DNA from: Dendrobates tinctorius
Taxonomy: Eukaryota
Assembly (NCBI RefSeq): GCF_039654945.1
Contig: NW_027361798.1
Coordinates: 3,360,079-3,412,000, forward strand
Direction: 5' to 3'
Length of the DNA stretch: 51,922 bases
The notes beneath the pieces were generated by a model that did not search any database, had not been told where the DNA came from, and was given only the letters and a program-made list of their open reading frames with translations. A program made the translations under genes and the position numbers. Position 1 is the stretch's first letter. Each line of letters starts with the position of its first letter. Of the stretch, positions 49,159 through 51,922 are shown in pieces.

Positions 49159-49174
49159 GGCTCTCAGAAGAGCC
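49159..49174 (-). terminator. Histone 3' stem-loop (H2A)
   Basis: AAA GGCTCT TCTG AGAGCC ACCCA followed by AGAGCTG. Confidence 0.93.
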
Positions 49175-49206
49175 TTTGGTTGTGTAGATGGGATGGGCGG
49201 TAGCGC

Positions 49207-50311
<1,105 letters not shown>

Positions 50312-50335
50312 GATCTGCTCCGCCATCACCACAAA

Positions 50336-50351
50336 GGCTCTTCTAAGAGCC
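50336..50351 (+). terminator. Histone 3' stem-loop (H2B)
   Basis: AAA GGCTCT TCTA AGAGCC followed by TAGAGCTG. Confidence 0.95.
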
Positions 50352-51456
50352 GCCCACCCACTCACTATAGAGCTGCTCCTCCGTGTAGGGCCGTGTCCTC
50401 CTCACAGCTGCTCCTGTGTCCTCTCCTTCCTGAGGTGTCCAGCACCGCCCGGGTCTCTGGTCACAGGATGAATAGATGCTGAGGAGGGCGATGGGCAGAG
50501 ATTCGGGGCTGGTTTCTGATCTCATTTCTGAGGTTGTTGCTTTGTGTTCCGTGAATGACAATTGTGACTCCATAATAATCCGACGCCATTAGCCTAAAGC
50601 AGAGGGCGATGAGATCAGTGGGGAAGCGCCGAGCGCTGCGGTCACATCTGCCGGAGACAGGGAGAGATTCGCGGCTGCGATCAGTCAGGGACACAGAGTG
50701 TCGGCGCCTCCAACAGAGACCAGGAGGAGGTCGCTGCTCTCTATGGAGCTGCCCCGGGCTCAGTGGGTCCCTGTGATCTCGGGACTCGATGTCGCAGCCC
50801 GGGCGGCTCTCTTCCTCCGGACACACTGCGGTCCCGGCTGCGGCCTCCTCTCTCGGTGCTGCCCCTGTCTTCAGCCCCTGGAGCTCGCACCGCTGTTTGC
50901 ACTTTCCGATCTATTCTGGGGTTGAGCCTTGTAACAGGGTGTATGGGCGCTATATCCGGACACAGACCCCTCTGTGCACAGTACAGAGCTCGGAGTGCTG
51001 CTGTGAGATGAAGGGAAGGTAACGGCGGCGGCCGATCAGGGGAGCGATCAGCAGCTCCGGGGAGCAGGACTCTGCTCTGCGGGTGCAGCTGCCCCAGACC
51101 GGACGGCTCACGTTACAGCGATCTCCGCTACTAAGCAGAGGGGCATAATCCGAAGGACAGGAATGGGATTGAGCGGGGAATTCAAAACCATCAACGGGTC
51201 TGTGATCAGCCAATGAGAAGTCCGCAGGCGCGACCAATCCCAGAGCCAGGTATTGAATCCTCTGGTTAACTCCTTAGTGACTGTGAGCTGCTCATTTCCC
51301 CCTTCTGTATATGAGGCTGCATGGAAGCAGGAACAGAACCGCTGGATCTACCGATAACGGAACCGGCCAGAATAACGGCCCTCAGACAACTGTGGACAAA
51401 GCAGCCCAGATATTACCGAACCAGGAGGAAGGAGCTCATCTGTGGGAGGATTTGGT

Positions 51457-51472
51457 GGCTCTGAGAAGAGCC
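51457..51472 (-). terminator. Histone 3' stem-loop (H3 copy 2)
   Basis: Identical to 27743-27758. Confidence 0.95.
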
Positions 51473-51501
51473 TTTGTGTTGTGGTTGGTGCTCGGGAAGA
51501 T

Positions 51502-51921
<420 letters not shown>

Positions 51922-51922
51922 A

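Noticed and set aside
50352-50375. Resemblance of the H2B 3' flank (ACCCACTCACTATAGAG) to the 32-bp satellite unit
   Set aside because: Similarity is short and gapped, and the satellite lacks the AGAGCTG U7-pairing core.

Overview
Vertebrate DNA, most likely an anuran amphibian (inferred from the repeat families and histone sequences). The window appears to be the edge of a replication-dependent histone gene cluster set in deeply nested transposons. Histone genes: H4(+), H3(-), H1(-), then about 14 kb of nested hAT/Gypsy debris, then H2A(-, premature stop), H2B(+, N67T) and a second H3(-, K4E). All have 3' stem-loops. The left 23 kb holds non-autonomous hAT and Harbinger MITEs, four near-identical CR1 LINE pieces, a hAT transposase split by an apparently intact 2523-bp piggyBac, a Penelope-like foldback insert and a Gypsy solo LTR. 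Three observations stand out. (1) A 3.5-kb array of about 100 repeats directly downstream of H1 whose unit is the H1 3'-processing signal itself (half stem-loop, cleavage site and U7-pairing element). (2) A 32-bp satellite upstream of H4 that reverses orientation at least 14 times, always at a CTA(A/T)TAG-type core. (3) The intact piggyBac, which may be active. All coordinates and counts were read by eye; no database searches were run.
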